This document shows positions 36,621-46,396 of a DNA stretch of 64,000 nucleotides, one piece after another. Source of the DNA: Minisyncoccales bacterium (lineage in GTDB: Bacteria; Patescibacteriota; Minisyncoccia; Minisyncoccales; RBG-13-42-11). Positions within the stretch are counted from its first letter, which is position 1; every line of letters starts with the position of its first letter. The stretch spans positions 551 through 64,550 of the forward strand of contig JBNAUV010000001.1 of NCBI GenBank assembly GCA_049700655.1, written 5' to 3'. The position numbers were made by a program, and so were the translations under genes. The notes under the pieces were generated by a model. The model was not told where the DNA came from, did no database searches, and saw only the letters and a program-made list of their open reading frames with translations.

Positions 36621-38045
36621 ATGAATTTTAATAGTTTAACCATTACTCAAGTTCATCAAGGGTTAAAAGAAAGAAAATTTTCCGCCATTGACCTTGTTCG
36701 GTTTTTTTTGAATAAAATTAAAAAAGAAAATAAAAGAATCTTTGCTTATATATCAATTGACGAAGAAAAAGCATTATGCCAAGCTAAAAAAATTGACCAA
36801 TTAATTGCTAAAAAAAAAGAATTTCCCGTTTTGACCGGCGTACCAGTTGCGGTAAAGGATAATATTTTGGTTAAAGATATTAAATGCACGGCTGGTTCGA
36901 AAATTTTAGAAAATTATTTAGCGCCATATGACGCAACAGTAGTTAAAAAACTAAAAGAACAAAACGCTATTATTTTAGGAAAAACGAACTTAGATGAATT
37001 TGCCATGGGTTCATCTACAGAAAATTCTGCTTTTGGCCCGACCCGCAATCCCATTGATTTGGACCGGGTGCCAGGTGGTTCATCAGGAGGTTCAGCTGCA
37101 GCTGTGGCTGCTGATTTGGCAGTGGCTGCCTTGGGATCAGACACTGGCGGTTCAATTCGTTTGCCCGCTTCTTTTTGCGGCGTGGTCGGATTAAAACCAA
37201 CTTATGGCGCGGTTTCCCGTTATGGTTTAATTGCTTTTGCTTCTTCTTTGGACCAAATTGGTCCTTTTGGTAAAAACGTAATTGATGCGGAGATTCTTTT
37301 TGAGGCAATTAAGGGCAAAGACGAATTAGATTCAACTTCAGTTGAGTTAACTAACAGAAAAAAAGAAAAAATTGATTTAAAAAAGATAAAGATTGGTCTG
37401 CCTAAAGAATATTTTATTGAGGGTATTGATCCGGCTGTCGCAAGAGTAATTGAAAATGTTATAAAAGAATATGGGGCAAGGGGAGTAGAATTTAAAGAAG
37501 TAAGCCTGCCTCATACTAAATATGCTTTAGCCTGTTATTATTTAATTGCTCCGGCTGAGGCATCGGCTAACTTGGCTCGCTATGATGGGGTTAAGTATGG
37601 TTTTTCAACATTTAACCAGAAACAAATTAACAATCTTTTAGATGTTTATTTAAGTAGCCGCGATAAAGGTTTTGGCGCTGAAGTTAAACGAAGAATTATG
37701 TTGGGGACCTATGTTTTGTCAGCTGGTTATTATGAGGCATATTATTTAAAAGCCCAGCAGGTGAGAGCGCAAATTATTAAAGATTTTGAGAAAGTATTTC
37801 AAGAAGTAACAGCCTTGTTTGCGCCAGTTAGTCCGTTTTTACCTTTTAAAATTGGCGAAAAAATTGATCAACCCTTATCAATGTATTTGGTTGATATTTA
37901 TACTGTTTCAGTTAATTTGGCTGGTTTGCCCGCCCTTTCTTTACCCGTGGGCTATGCTAATAATTTGCCAGTTGGCTTACAAATTATTGGTCAACCATTT
38001 GAAGAAAATAAAATTTTAGAAATCGCCAGACTATATGAACATTAA
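36621..38045 (+). CDS. gatA: Asp/Glu-tRNA amidotransferase subunit A
   Basis: Amidase signature GGSSGGSAAAVAA...GSDTGGSIR. Confidence 0.95.
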   Translation: MNFNSLTITQVHQGLKERKFSAIDLVRFFLNKIKKENKRIFAYISIDEEKALCQAKKIDQLIAKKKEFPVLTGVPVAVKDNILVKDIKCTAGSKILENYLAPYDATVVKKLKEQNAIILGKTNLDEFAMGSSTENSAFGPTRNPIDLDRVPGGSSGGSAAAVAADLAVAALGSDTGGSIRLPASFCGVVGLKPTYGAVSRYGLIAFASSLDQIGPFGKNVIDAEILFEAIKGKDELDSTSVELTNRKKEKIDLKKIKIGLPKEYFIEGIDPAVARVIENVIKEYGARGVEFKEVSLPHTKYALACYYLIAPAEASANLARYDGVKYGFSTFNQKQINNLLDVYLSSRDKGFGAEVKRRIMLGTYVLSAGYYEAYYLKAQQVRAQIIKDFEKVFQEVTALFAPVSPFLPFKIGEKIDQPLSMYLVDIYTVSVNLAGLPALSLPVGYANNLPVGLQIIGQPFEENKILEIARLYEH

Positions 38046-38565
38046 TATTTATTCACCAGATCAGATAATTAACTTTTTGTTTTCTCCACCAAATACTAAT
38101 TGGTTTTTAGTAATTAAATTTTTTTTTATCATTATATCTTCTTTATTTATTGTTTTTATTATTTTGGGTTTTTTAAATACATCTTGGGCCGAGGCTCGGT
38201 TTATAATTAATCTTAGAGAATTTTTTAATTATCAGCCCATTGAGATACGTGGCTATAAGAAAACTTGGCGCAAAATTAAGGCCCGTTTAGAATCCGGTTT
38301 AGAAGCAGAATATAAATTAGCTGTTATTGAGGCAGAGGAATTATTTGAGGAGATATTAAAAAAAATCGGTTATCCGGGCGAGGAGTTATTGGAAAAATTA
38401 GAGAAATTAACACCTGATATTATTTCTAATATTAATGAAATTAAACAAGCCCATCAGATTCGTAATCAGATTGTTTATGACCCTAATTATCACTTGTCTT
38501 TAGAGGAGGCAGCGAAGGTTATTAATATTTTTGACAAAGCGTTGCAAGAATTAGATATTTTTTAA
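38035..38565 (+). CDS. hypothetical membrane protein (one TM segment plus a cytoplasmic helical domain)
   Basis: WFLVIKFFFIIISSLFIVFIILGF TM segment; no recognisable motifs. Overlaps the gatA stop by 11 nt. Confidence 0.45.
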   Translation: MNINIYSPDQIINFLFSPPNTNWFLVIKFFFIIISSLFIVFIILGFLNTSWAEARFIINLREFFNYQPIEIRGYKKTWRKIKARLESGLEAEYKLAVIEAEELFEEILKKIGYPGEELLEKLEKLTPDIISNINEIKQAHQIRNQIVYDPNYHLSLEEAAKVINIFDKALQELDIF

Positions 38566-38577
38566 GTGATTAAAACA

Positions 38578-38616
38578 GCCAACCCCCAACCACGTTTTTC
38601 GGGGTTGATTTTTGTT
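38578..38616 (+). terminator. candidate intrinsic terminator after the gatCA-hypothetical operon
   Basis: AACCCC...GGGGTT stem (38581-38606) with a 14-nt loop, then a T-rich tail (gatttttgttt). Confidence 0.4.
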
Positions 38617-38637
38617 TAATTTTGTTTATAATAAAAG

Positions 38638-38711
38638 CGCGGGATGGAGAAGTAGTATCTTGCGAGGCTCATAACCTCGAGACGTGGGTGCAATTCCCAC
38701 TCCCGCAACCA
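38638..38711 (+). tRNA. initiator tRNA-fMet (CAU), CCA encoded
   Basis: CGCGGGA acceptor strand with a C1:A72 mismatch; anticodon loop CUCAUAA; anticodon-stem GGG-type base pairs; ends CCCGCAACCA. Confidence 0.8.
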
Positions 38712-38718
38712 AATTTTT

Positions 38719-38791
38719 GCCGGCGTAGCTCAGCGGCTAGAGCAGGGTCTTCATAAGGCCAAGGTCATAGGTTCGAATCCTGTCGCCGGCA
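38719..38791 (+). tRNA. tRNA with a CAU anticodon (elongator Met or lysidine-modified Ile2), no CCA encoded
   Basis: GCCGGCG/CGCCGGC acceptor, GCUC/GAGC D-stem, anticodon loop UUCAUAA, T-arm AUAGG-UUCGAAU-CCUGU. Confidence 0.75.
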
Positions 38792-38795
38792 TTAG

Positions 38796-38873
38796 GGGCG
38801 CGTAGTGTAGCCCGGCTAACACGTCTCCCTGTCACGGAGAAGATCGCCGGTTCAAATCCGGTCGCGCCCGCCA
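38796..38873 (+). tRNA. tRNA-Asp (GUC), CCA encoded
   Basis: GGGCGCG/CGCGCCC acceptor, anticodon loop CUGUCAC, T-arm GCCGG-UUCAAAU-CCGGU, discriminator G73. Confidence 0.85.
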
Positions 38874-38877
38874 TCAG

Positions 38878-38902
38878 CAGCTTGTTTTAAAGCTGTTTTT
38901 TT
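38878..38902 (+). terminator. rho-independent terminator after the tRNA cluster
   Basis: CAGCTT-gtttta-AAGCTG hairpin followed by TTTTTTT. Confidence 0.75.
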
Positions 38903-38924
38903 GTGATTTTTTCCACAATTTAAG

Positions 38925-38953
38925 TTGAAATTGAACTTAATTTAAGGTATAAT
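38925..38953 (+). promoter_or_regulatory. promoter TTGAAA-17-TATAAT for pheST
   Basis: -10 at 38948-38953, 13 nt before the pheS ATG at 38967. Confidence 0.55.
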
Positions 38954-38966
38954 TAATTAAAGATTC

Positions 38967-40013
38967 ATGCCCCAAATAAGATTAAAAACGTATAAAAATA
39001 AACTCAAAAATGAGATTGATCAGGCCAATGATTGGCCAGAGTTAAATCAAATTTATAATAAGTATTTTGGCAAAAATGGCGAGCTGAGTTTGTTTTTGCG
39101 TGGCTTAAAGAATAAAAGCAAAAAAGAAAGAATCAGAATTGGCCGGATAATCAATGAGTTAAAAAGTTGGTCAGGAAATGAATTTAATAAGAAAAAACAG
39201 GAATTAAAGAAAAGAGCAGAAAAGGAAGCCTTAAAAGAAGAATGGTTTGATATTACCATACCGGGCGTAAAGCCAATTCTTGGTCATTTGCATCCTTTAA
39301 CTTTGGTCAAAAGAAAAGTTGAAGAGATTTTTCAATCAATGGGTTTTGCCGTGGTTTCTGGTCCAGAAATTGAAGACGAATGGCATAACTTTGATGCTTT
39401 AAATATTCCTTCCAGTCATCCGGCTCGCGATGTTTTATCTTTAGGAAAAACTTTTTATTTAAAAGGCGGTGGAGTTTTAAGGACGCAAACTTCGTCGGTT
39501 CAGATTAGGTATATGGAAAAAAATCAACCGCCTCTGAAAATCATTGTTCCGGGCAAAGTTTTTCGTTTAGAAGCCACTGATGCTTCTCATGAGATAGAAT
39601 TTTGGCAGCTGGAGGGCCTGTTGGTAAATCAAAATGTTTCAGTGGCTAACTTTAAGGCAATCATCAAGGAATTTTTAACAATTTTTTTTGGCAAAGAGAT
39701 AAAAATTAGATTAAGACCATCTTATTTTCCTTTTACTGAACCATCTTTTGAAGTTGATGTTTCTTGTATTTTATGCAATGGTCATGGTTGTTCTGCTTGT
39801 AAAAATTCCGGTTGGTTAGAAATTATTGGCGCTGGTATGGTTCACCCAGCTGTTTTTAAAAATTCAGGACTGATTCCTCATCAGTTTTCCGGTGGCGGTT
39901 GGCAGGGGTTTGCTTTTGGCGTTGGCTTAACTCGTTTGGCAATGTTGAAATATAAAATTAATGATATTCGTTTATTTAATTCCGGCGATTTAAGATTTTT
40001 AAGTCAATTTTAG
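38967..40013 (+). CDS. pheS: phenylalanyl-tRNA synthetase alpha subunit
   Basis: Class II core with FRLEATDASHEIEFWQLEGL, FPFTEPSFE and GAGMVHP motifs. Confidence 0.95.
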   Translation: MPQIRLKTYKNKLKNEIDQANDWPELNQIYNKYFGKNGELSLFLRGLKNKSKKERIRIGRIINELKSWSGNEFNKKKQELKKRAEKEALKEEWFDITIPGVKPILGHLHPLTLVKRKVEEIFQSMGFAVVSGPEIEDEWHNFDALNIPSSHPARDVLSLGKTFYLKGGGVLRTQTSSVQIRYMEKNQPPLKIIVPGKVFRLEATDASHEIEFWQLEGLLVNQNVSVANFKAIIKEFLTIFFGKEIKIRLRPSYFPFTEPSFEVDVSCILCNGHGCSACKNSGWLEIIGAGMVHPAVFKNSGLIPHQFSGGGWQGFAFGVGLTRLAMLKYKINDIRLFNSGDLRFLSQF

Positions 40014-40020
40014 TTTTTTT

Positions 40021-42066
40021 ATGGTTTTTTCTTATAATTGGTTACAATCATTTTTTAAAAAGAAATTACCCTCGCCGATAAAATTAGCCGAGCTTTTAAC
40101 CATGCATGCTTTTGAGGTAGAGAAGGTAGAAAGACTTGACCACGATTTTATTTTAGATATTGATATTTTACCTAATCGAGCAGCCGACTGTTTTTCTCAT
40201 TGGGGTGTAGCTAAGGAGATTGCTGTGTTAACGGGATTAACTTTTTATCCAGAAAAAGAAAAATTAACCATAACAGAAAGTAAAGATTTAAAAATTAAAA
40301 ATTTAATTAAAGTTAAGGTTAAAAATAAAAAATTCTGTCCCCGTTATACGGCCCGGGCAATAGTTAATGTGACAGTAAAGTCGTCGCCCCATTGGTTGCA
40401 AGAAAGATTAAGAGCTTGCGGCTTAAATTCAATTAACAACGTGGTTGATGCGGCTAATTATATTATGTTAGAAACTGGCCAACCATTACATGCTTTTGAT
40501 TTAGAAAAGATAAAAGGCCGAGAAATTATTGTGCGCCAAGCCAAAAAAGGAGAAAAAATTATTACTTTAGACGGAGAAAAATATAATTTAAATGAAAAAA
40601 TTTTACTTATTGCTGATGAAAAAGATCCTTTGGCCATAGCTGGGATTAAGGGAGGTCAAAAAGCCGCAATTACGAGCAAAACTAAAGCAATAGTTTTAGA
40701 ATCAGCCAATTTTAACCCTGCTTATATTAAACAAAGTTCGCGAACAGTTGATTTAAAAACCGACGCTTCTTGGCGTTTTGAAAATGGACTTGATCCTAAT
40801 TTAACCGAAATAGCCATCAATCGGGCTGCTCAATTAATTCAAGAAGTGGCTGGCGGCCAGATTGTTCAGGGATTGATTGATTTCTATCCTAATAAAATTT
40901 TACCCAAGAGAATTAAATTAGATTTAAATTATGCGAGACAGTTATTGGGAATTGAGATTTCAACCAAAGAAATAAAAGATATTTTTAAAAATTTGGGATT
41001 TGGTTTGGTTAAAAAAGAAAATGAAGTAGTTTTAGTAGAGGTACCGACTAAAAGGCCCGATGTTGCTCTTCCAGAAGATTTAATTGAAGAAATTGGCCGA
41101 ATTTATGGTTACGAAAAAATTCCTGCCCAATTTCCCATTTCTGTTTTGGCGCCACCAGCCCAAAATTGGGAAATCTTTTGGGAAGATAGAATTAAAGACA
41201 TTTTAAAAGAAGCTGGTTTTACCGAAGTTCAGAATTATTCATTTATTTCACAAAAAGACGCTAAATATTTTAATCAAAGCAGGGAATTGGTTGAATTAGA
41301 AAATCCCGCCAGTGAAGAATTCCAATATTTAAGACCAAGCTTGATTATTAATCTTTTAAAGAATATTGAGAAAAATCAACAATATTTTAAAGAAATAAAA
41401 ATTTTTGAAATAGGCAAAGTTTTTAGAAAGAAAAAAAAGTCAGGCAATTATTTGGAAAAAAGAATGTTTACTGGCGCGATGACCGGAAATGTTTTTTATC
41501 AGGCCAAGGGCGTGATTGATTTATTATTAAATAAAATGGGTATAGCCAATTTTTATTATGACAATTATCAACCCTCGCCGGAAGAGAGTAAAAAAACAAT
41601 TTGGTATATGCCGCGTTGCGTTGAGATAAAAATTAATAACGAAGAAATAGGTTTTTTAGGCGAGATTTCGCCTGTTATTTTAGAAAAGATGAAAATAAAT
41701 AGCCGAGTTGTGGTTTTTGATTTTGATTTTGAGAAGCTAGTCCAACTTAGTTCTGAAGAACATGAATACCGACCGCTTTCAAAATATCCTGCGGCTGTTA
41801 GAGATTTAGCCATTTTGGTGCCGCGCGAAGTAAGAGTTGAAGATGTTTTGAATATTATTGAAACAGCCGGCGGCATTTTAGTCAGAGATGTTGATTTATT
41901 TGATATTTATGAAAGCGAACAACTGCCTGAAGGCAAGAAAAATTTGGCTTTTCATATTATTTATCAGGCCGACGATCGAACCTTAACCTCTGCAGAAATA
42001 GAACAAACACAACAAAAGATTATTAAGGCATTAGAAGAAAATCCAGAGTGGACAATAAGAAGATAA
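40021..42066 (+). CDS. pheT: phenylalanyl-tRNA synthetase beta subunit (compact, 681 aa)
   Basis: N-terminal tRNA-binding and B3/B4 domains, then a B5 and catalytic-like domain. It immediately follows pheS. Confidence 0.9.
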   Translation: MVFSYNWLQSFFKKKLPSPIKLAELLTMHAFEVEKVERLDHDFILDIDILPNRAADCFSHWGVAKEIAVLTGLTFYPEKEKLTITESKDLKIKNLIKVKVKNKKFCPRYTARAIVNVTVKSSPHWLQERLRACGLNSINNVVDAANYIMLETGQPLHAFDLEKIKGREIIVRQAKKGEKIITLDGEKYNLNEKILLIADEKDPLAIAGIKGGQKAAITSKTKAIVLESANFNPAYIKQSSRTVDLKTDASWRFENGLDPNLTEIAINRAAQLIQEVAGGQIVQGLIDFYPNKILPKRIKLDLNYARQLLGIEISTKEIKDIFKNLGFGLVKKENEVVLVEVPTKRPDVALPEDLIEEIGRIYGYEKIPAQFPISVLAPPAQNWEIFWEDRIKDILKEAGFTEVQNYSFISQKDAKYFNQSRELVELENPASEEFQYLRPSLIINLLKNIEKNQQYFKEIKIFEIGKVFRKKKKSGNYLEKRMFTGAMTGNVFYQAKGVIDLLLNKMGIANFYYDNYQPSPEESKKTIWYMPRCVEIKINNEEIGFLGEISPVILEKMKINSRVVVFDFDFEKLVQLSSEEHEYRPLSKYPAAVRDLAILVPREVRVEDVLNIIETAGGILVRDVDLFDIYESEQLPEGKKNLAFHIIYQADDRTLTSAEIEQTQQKIIKALEENPEWTIRR

Positions 42067-42092
42067 AAATAATTATAATTTGTAATATAAAT

Positions 42093-44054
42093 ATGATTGA
42101 TAAACCAAAACAAACAAAAAAAGAAACAACTTATAGCGCTAAAGATATTTATGTTTTAGAGGGTCTGGAGCCAGTGCGCAAAAGGCCAGGTATGTATATT
42201 GGTTCAACCGGCGCTGAGGGATTGCATCATTTGATTTGGGAGTGTGTTGACAATAGTTTAGATGAAGCCATGGCTGGTTATGCTAAAAATATTGAGGTGA
42301 TTCTTTTACCAGGCAATAAAATAAAAACAACTGATGACGGTCGGGGCATACCAGTAGAAAAACATCCACAAACAAAGAAGTCAGCTTTAGAAACAGTAAT
42401 GACGACTTTACATGCTGGCGCTAAATTCGGCGGCAAGGCTTATCAGGTGGCAGGCGGACTACATGGTGTTGGGGTTTCTGTGGTTTGCGCTTTAAGCAAA
42501 TGGATGCGCGCTGAAGTTTGTCGAGATGGGTTTAAATATTTTCAAGAATATGCCAAAGGCAAACCCATTACCCCGGTTAAAAAGATGGGCGCTTGCCGTC
42601 AATCTGGCACAACTGTTATTTTTGAACCAGACCCAGAAATTTTTAGCAATATAAAATTTGATTTAAAAAAAATTCTTAACCATCTTCGCCAGCAGGCCTA
42701 TCTTACCAAAAAAGTTAAAATTACAGTTATTGATCAACGAGAAAAAACAGAAAAATCATACTCCTTTTATTTTGAAGGCGGTTTGGCTTCTTATATTAAA
42801 TATTTAACCCGCAATAGAACAAAACGTCATCCCAATATTTATTATGCTTCGGCTGAAAAAAATGGTATTTTAGTTGAGGCGGTTTTTCAATATACGGATG
42901 AATATGAATGTTTAGAAGAAAGTTTTGCCAATAATATCTATACAGGCGAAGGAGGAATGCATTTAACCGGTTTTCGGACAGCTTTAACTAGAACCTTTAA
43001 TGATTACGCGCGCAAAAATGGCTTTTTAAAAGAAAGTGATGAAAATTTAAGCGGTGACGATACTAGAGAAGGTTTAACCGCGGTGGTTTCAGTGAAATTG
43101 CCTGAACCGCAATTTGAAGGCCAAACCAAAGCTAAATTAGGCAATCCTGAAGCCAAGTCAGCGGTCGACACGGTTGTTTCTGAAACTTTATTAGATTTTT
43201 TAGAAAGAAACCCAACCGATGCCCGGGCTATCATTGAAAAATGTGTTTTATCTTTTAAAGCCAGAAAAGCGGCCAAAGCAGCTCGAGAAACTGTTTTGCG
43301 CAAAGGAATTTTAGAGGGTTTGGCTCTGCCCGGCAAATTGGCTGATTGTTCTTCTCGTAAGCCAGAAGAGTCGGAATTATATATTGTTGAAGGAGAAAGC
43401 GCTGGTGGTTCAAGTCGGCAAGCCAGAGATAGAAGATTTCAGGCGATTTTACCCTTAAGGGGTAAAATTTTAAATGTGGAGCGAGCGCGTTTAGACAAAA
43501 TTTTGGCTTCAAAAGAAATCAAGTCTTTGATTATTGCTTTGGGCACAGCCATTGCTGAAGATTTTAAATTGGAGAAAATCAGATATCACCGCATTATTAT
43601 TATGACCGATGCTGATGTTGATGGTTCCCATATTAGAACCCTGTTGTTAACGTTTTTTTATCGGTACTTTAGACCGATTATTGAACAGGGCTATCTTTAT
43701 ATTGCGCAACCGCCTCTTTATCGTTTACAAATTGGTAAAAGAATTGAATATGCCTATAGCGAGGAGGAGAAAAATAAAATTTTAGAAAAAATTAAAAAAG
43801 GTTTAACTAAAGAAACCGTTGAAGAAAAAACCCCAGGTGTAACTATTCAACGTTATAAAGGATTGGGCGAAATGAATCCAGAACAATTATGGGAAACAAC
43901 TATGAACCCGGAGAAAAGAGTTTTATTGCAAGTAACCATTGAAGACGCTCAAGAAGCAGACAGAATTTTTGATGTTTTGATGGGCGATGAGGTATTGCCC
44001 CGTAAGAAGTTTATTCAGATTTATGCCAAGAAGGTAAAAAACTTAGACGTTTAA
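42093..44054 (+). CDS. gyrB: DNA gyrase subunit B
   Basis: GHKL ATPase motifs and a Toprim domain (EGDSAGGS, PLRGKILNVE). Start placed at the ATG at 42093, after the pheT stop. Confidence 0.93.
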   Translation: MIDKPKQTKKETTYSAKDIYVLEGLEPVRKRPGMYIGSTGAEGLHHLIWECVDNSLDEAMAGYAKNIEVILLPGNKIKTTDDGRGIPVEKHPQTKKSALETVMTTLHAGAKFGGKAYQVAGGLHGVGVSVVCALSKWMRAEVCRDGFKYFQEYAKGKPITPVKKMGACRQSGTTVIFEPDPEIFSNIKFDLKKILNHLRQQAYLTKKVKITVIDQREKTEKSYSFYFEGGLASYIKYLTRNRTKRHPNIYYASAEKNGILVEAVFQYTDEYECLEESFANNIYTGEGGMHLTGFRTALTRTFNDYARKNGFLKESDENLSGDDTREGLTAVVSVKLPEPQFEGQTKAKLGNPEAKSAVDTVVSETLLDFLERNPTDARAIIEKCVLSFKARKAAKAARETVLRKGILEGLALPGKLADCSSRKPEESELYIVEGESAGGSSRQARDRRFQAILPLRGKILNVERARLDKILASKEIKSLIIALGTAIAEDFKLEKIRYHRIIIMTDADVDGSHIRTLLLTFFYRYFRPIIEQGYLYIAQPPLYRLQIGKRIEYAYSEEEKNKILEKIKKGLTKETVEEKTPGVTIQRYKGLGEMNPEQLWETTMNPEKRVLLQVTIEDAQEADRIFDVLMGDEVLPRKKFIQIYAKKVKNLDV

Positions 44055-44055
44055 C

Positions 44056-44083
44056 TTGACCTTTCAGAGATTTTTGTTAAAAT
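44056..44083 (+). promoter_or_regulatory. promoter TTGACC-16-TAAAAT abutting secE
   Basis: -10 ends 6 nt before the secE ATG at 44090, so the transcript is probably leaderless. Confidence 0.45.
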
Positions 44084-44089
44084 AGCACT

Positions 44090-44290
44090 ATGAAATTAAC
44101 TGATATTTTTGGTAAAATTGCCTCCTTTTTTAAGGAGGTAAAAATTGAAATAAAAAAAGTTAACTGGCCAACCAAACGAGAGACGATTAGGTACACTTTA
44201 ATTGTTCTAACCATTGCTTTTTTTGTTGCTCTTTATTTAGGATTATTAGATTTAATTTTTACTACTTTGTTAAAAAAATTTATTTTATAA
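44090..44290 (+). CDS. secE: preprotein translocase subunit SecE
   Basis: 66 aa with a single C-terminal TM helix; conserved position before nusG. Confidence 0.85.
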   Translation: MKLTDIFGKIASFFKEVKIEIKKVNWPTKRETIRYTLIVLTIAFFVALYLGLLDLIFTTLLKKFIL

Positions 44291-44293
44291 AAT

Positions 44294-44839
44294 ATGCCTA
44301 AGCAAAAAATTAGTCAAGAAAGAAATTGGTATGTTTTGCACACTTATTCGGGATACGAAGACGCTGTAGCCAAAGCTCTCAAACAAAGGGTAGAATCTTT
44401 GGGTATGGAAGATAAAATTTTTAATGTTTTGGTGCCTAAAGAGAAAAAAATAAAAATAAAAGGCGGAAAAAGACAGGAGGTGGAAGAAAAAATTTATCCC
44501 GGTTATGTTTTAGTCGAGATGATTGTGACTGATGACAGTTGGTATGTGGTAAGAAACACGCCCAATGTAACTGGCTTTGTTGGCGCTGGAACAGTCCCAT
44601 TGCCAGTTTCTAAAAAAGAAATAGAGAATTTAATGAAGAGAATGGCTGGCGAAGCGCCGCAATATAAAATAGAAATGAAAGTGGGTGATTTGGTAAAAAT
44701 TATTGATGGTCCTTTCAAAGATTTTGAGGGCAAAGTGGCTGAAGTCGATCAAGAGCGCGGCAAGATAAAAGTCTTGGTTAATATGTTTGGTCGCGATACG
44801 CCAGTAGAATTAGATACATTACAAATTAGAAAATTATGA
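44294..44839 (+). CDS. nusG: transcription termination/antitermination factor NusG
   Basis: WYVLHTYSGYE (NGN domain) and a C-terminal KOW (VGDLVKIIDGPFKDFEG). Confidence 0.93.
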   Translation: MPKQKISQERNWYVLHTYSGYEDAVAKALKQRVESLGMEDKIFNVLVPKEKKIKIKGGKRQEVEEKIYPGYVLVEMIVTDDSWYVVRNTPNVTGFVGAGTVPLPVSKKEIENLMKRMAGEAPQYKIEMKVGDLVKIIDGPFKDFEGKVAEVDQERGKIKVLVNMFGRDTPVELDTLQIRKL

Positions 44840-44862
44840 CCTTTCGGTAAACTGAAGGTCAT
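44836..44862 (+). promoter_or_regulatory. perfect 8-bp inverted repeat (ATGACCTT-11nt-AAGGTCAT) spanning the nusG stop in the nusG-rplK spacer
   Basis: Read from sequence. No U-tract follows, so it is more likely an attenuator or processing/regulatory hairpin than a terminator. Confidence 0.4.
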
Positions 44863-44879
44863 ACTGAATTTATTGAAGT

Positions 44880-45302
44880 ATGAAAAAAATAAAAGCCATT
44901 GTTAAATTACAAATTCCGGCTGGTCAAGCCACGCCCGCGCCTCCTATTGGGCCGGCCTTGGCTCAACATGGTGTTAATATCGCTGATTTTTGTCAGAAAT
45001 TTAATAATGCCACTAAAAAAAATCAAGGATTCAAGATTCCGGTTGAAGTGAAAATTTATGAAGATCGAACTTATGATTTTATCTTAAAACAACCACCCGC
45101 CTCAGAGCTTTTAAAAAAGATGGCTGGAATTGAAAAAGGTTCAGGCGCTCCCAATAAAACAAAAGTCGGCAAGATTACGCGCCAACAATTAAGAGAAATA
45201 GCTGAGAAAAAAATGCCTGATTTAAACACTGAGAGTATTGAACAAGCCATGAAAATAATTGAGGGCACAGCCAAGAATATGGGCATAGAAATCGAAGGTT
45301 GA
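44880..45302 (+). CDS. rplK: 50S ribosomal protein L11
   Basis: Conserved L11 N-terminus ([22 protein letters not shown]). Confidence 0.95.
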   Translation: MKKIKAIVKLQIPAGQATPAPPIGPALAQHGVNIADFCQKFNNATKKNQGFKIPVEVKIYEDRTYDFILKQPPASELLKKMAGIEKGSGAPNKTKVGKITRQQLREIAEKKMPDLNTESIEQAMKIIEGTAKNMGIEIEG

Positions 45303-45309
45303 TTTTATT

Positions 45310-45843
45310 ATGGTTAGATTATCTAAAGAAAGATATTATTTAAATATTGCCAAGGAAGTGGCTCAACGTTCTACTTGTTACCGCAATCAAGGTGGCGCAG
45401 TTATTGTCAGAGAAGACCAAATTGTGGCCACGGGTTATATTGGCGCGCCGCGCAAGACCAAGGATTGCTTTGAACGTCAGGAATGTTTAAGAGATAAATT
45501 AAAAATTCCTCATGGCAGACAATATGAAATGTGTCGATCTGTCCATGCTGAGATGAATGCCATTATAAATGCCGCTCGGGCAGGAGTTAGTTTATTAGGC
45601 GGCGATATTTATATTTATTGCGAAAACCCTAAAGACAAAAGTCAACGAGATAGTTTTCCTTGTTTTATTTGCAAGAAAATGATTATTAATGCTGGCTTAC
45701 AACGCGCAATTTGTTCAACCAAAGATGGTCAATTTAAGATTTTTGCGATAGCTGATTGGATTAAGGATTGGCAGGAAAAGGACATTATTGATGACCGCGA
45801 TCAATACGGTGCGGATTTGAATTTTAAAGAAAAATTGGTTTAA
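45310..45843 (+). CDS. deoxycytidylate (dCMP) deaminase, zinc-dependent
   Basis: HAEMNAI and PCFICKKMIINAG (the cytidine/dCMP deaminase H-A-E and P-C-x2-C signature). Confidence 0.85.
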   Translation: MVRLSKERYYLNIAKEVAQRSTCYRNQGGAVIVREDQIVATGYIGAPRKTKDCFERQECLRDKLKIPHGRQYEMCRSVHAEMNAIINAARAGVSLLGGDIYIYCENPKDKSQRDSFPCFICKKMIINAGLQRAICSTKDGQFKIFAIADWIKDWQEKDIIDDRDQYGADLNFKEKLV

Positions 45844-45844
45844 T

Positions 45845-46396
45845 ATGTTAAAAAAAATTATTGGCTTGGTCGGCGAAAGCGGCAGCGGTAAAGACACTTT
45901 TTGCCGCTATTTAATAAAGAAAAGGAAAAATGTTTTTTGTCTGCGTTTCTCACAGCCAATTACCGAAGCGTTAAATATTTTTATTAACGAAATAAAAAGG
46001 GAAGATCAGCAGTGGTTGGCTAATTTATTAAGAAAAAGATTTGGCAATGATATTTTAATTCAAGCCCTTAAAAAGAAACTAAAGACAATTCAAAAGGGGA
46101 TAATAGTTTTTAATGGTATTCGTTATTGGGAAGAATATCAGCTGATTAAACAATTAAAAGGTAAAATTATTTATATTACCGCTGAGCCAAAAGTGCGCTG
46201 GCAGAGAATGAGACAACGGCAAGAGAAAAAAGACGACCGGACTTCTTGGCAGAAATTTAAAAAACTAGAAAAAGCATCAACGGAAATTTATATACCATTA
46301 ATTGGCAGACAATCTGATTTTAAAATCAATAATAATGGTCCATTAAAAGATTTTTATAAAGAAATTAACAAAGCACTAAAACAATTTAACTTATGA
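45845..46396 (+). CDS. P-loop nucleotide kinase-like protein (dNMP-kinase-like Walker A GESGSGKDT)
   Basis: Walker A at the N-terminus, ~180 aa, sandwiched between the dCMP deaminase and tmk genes. Its exact substrate is unknown. Confidence 0.5.
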   Translation: MLKKIIGLVGESGSGKDTFCRYLIKKRKNVFCLRFSQPITEALNIFINEIKREDQQWLANLLRKRFGNDILIQALKKKLKTIQKGIIVFNGIRYWEEYQLIKQLKGKIIYITAEPKVRWQRMRQRQEKKDDRTSWQKFKKLEKASTEIYIPLIGRQSDFKINNNGPLKDFYKEINKALKQFNL

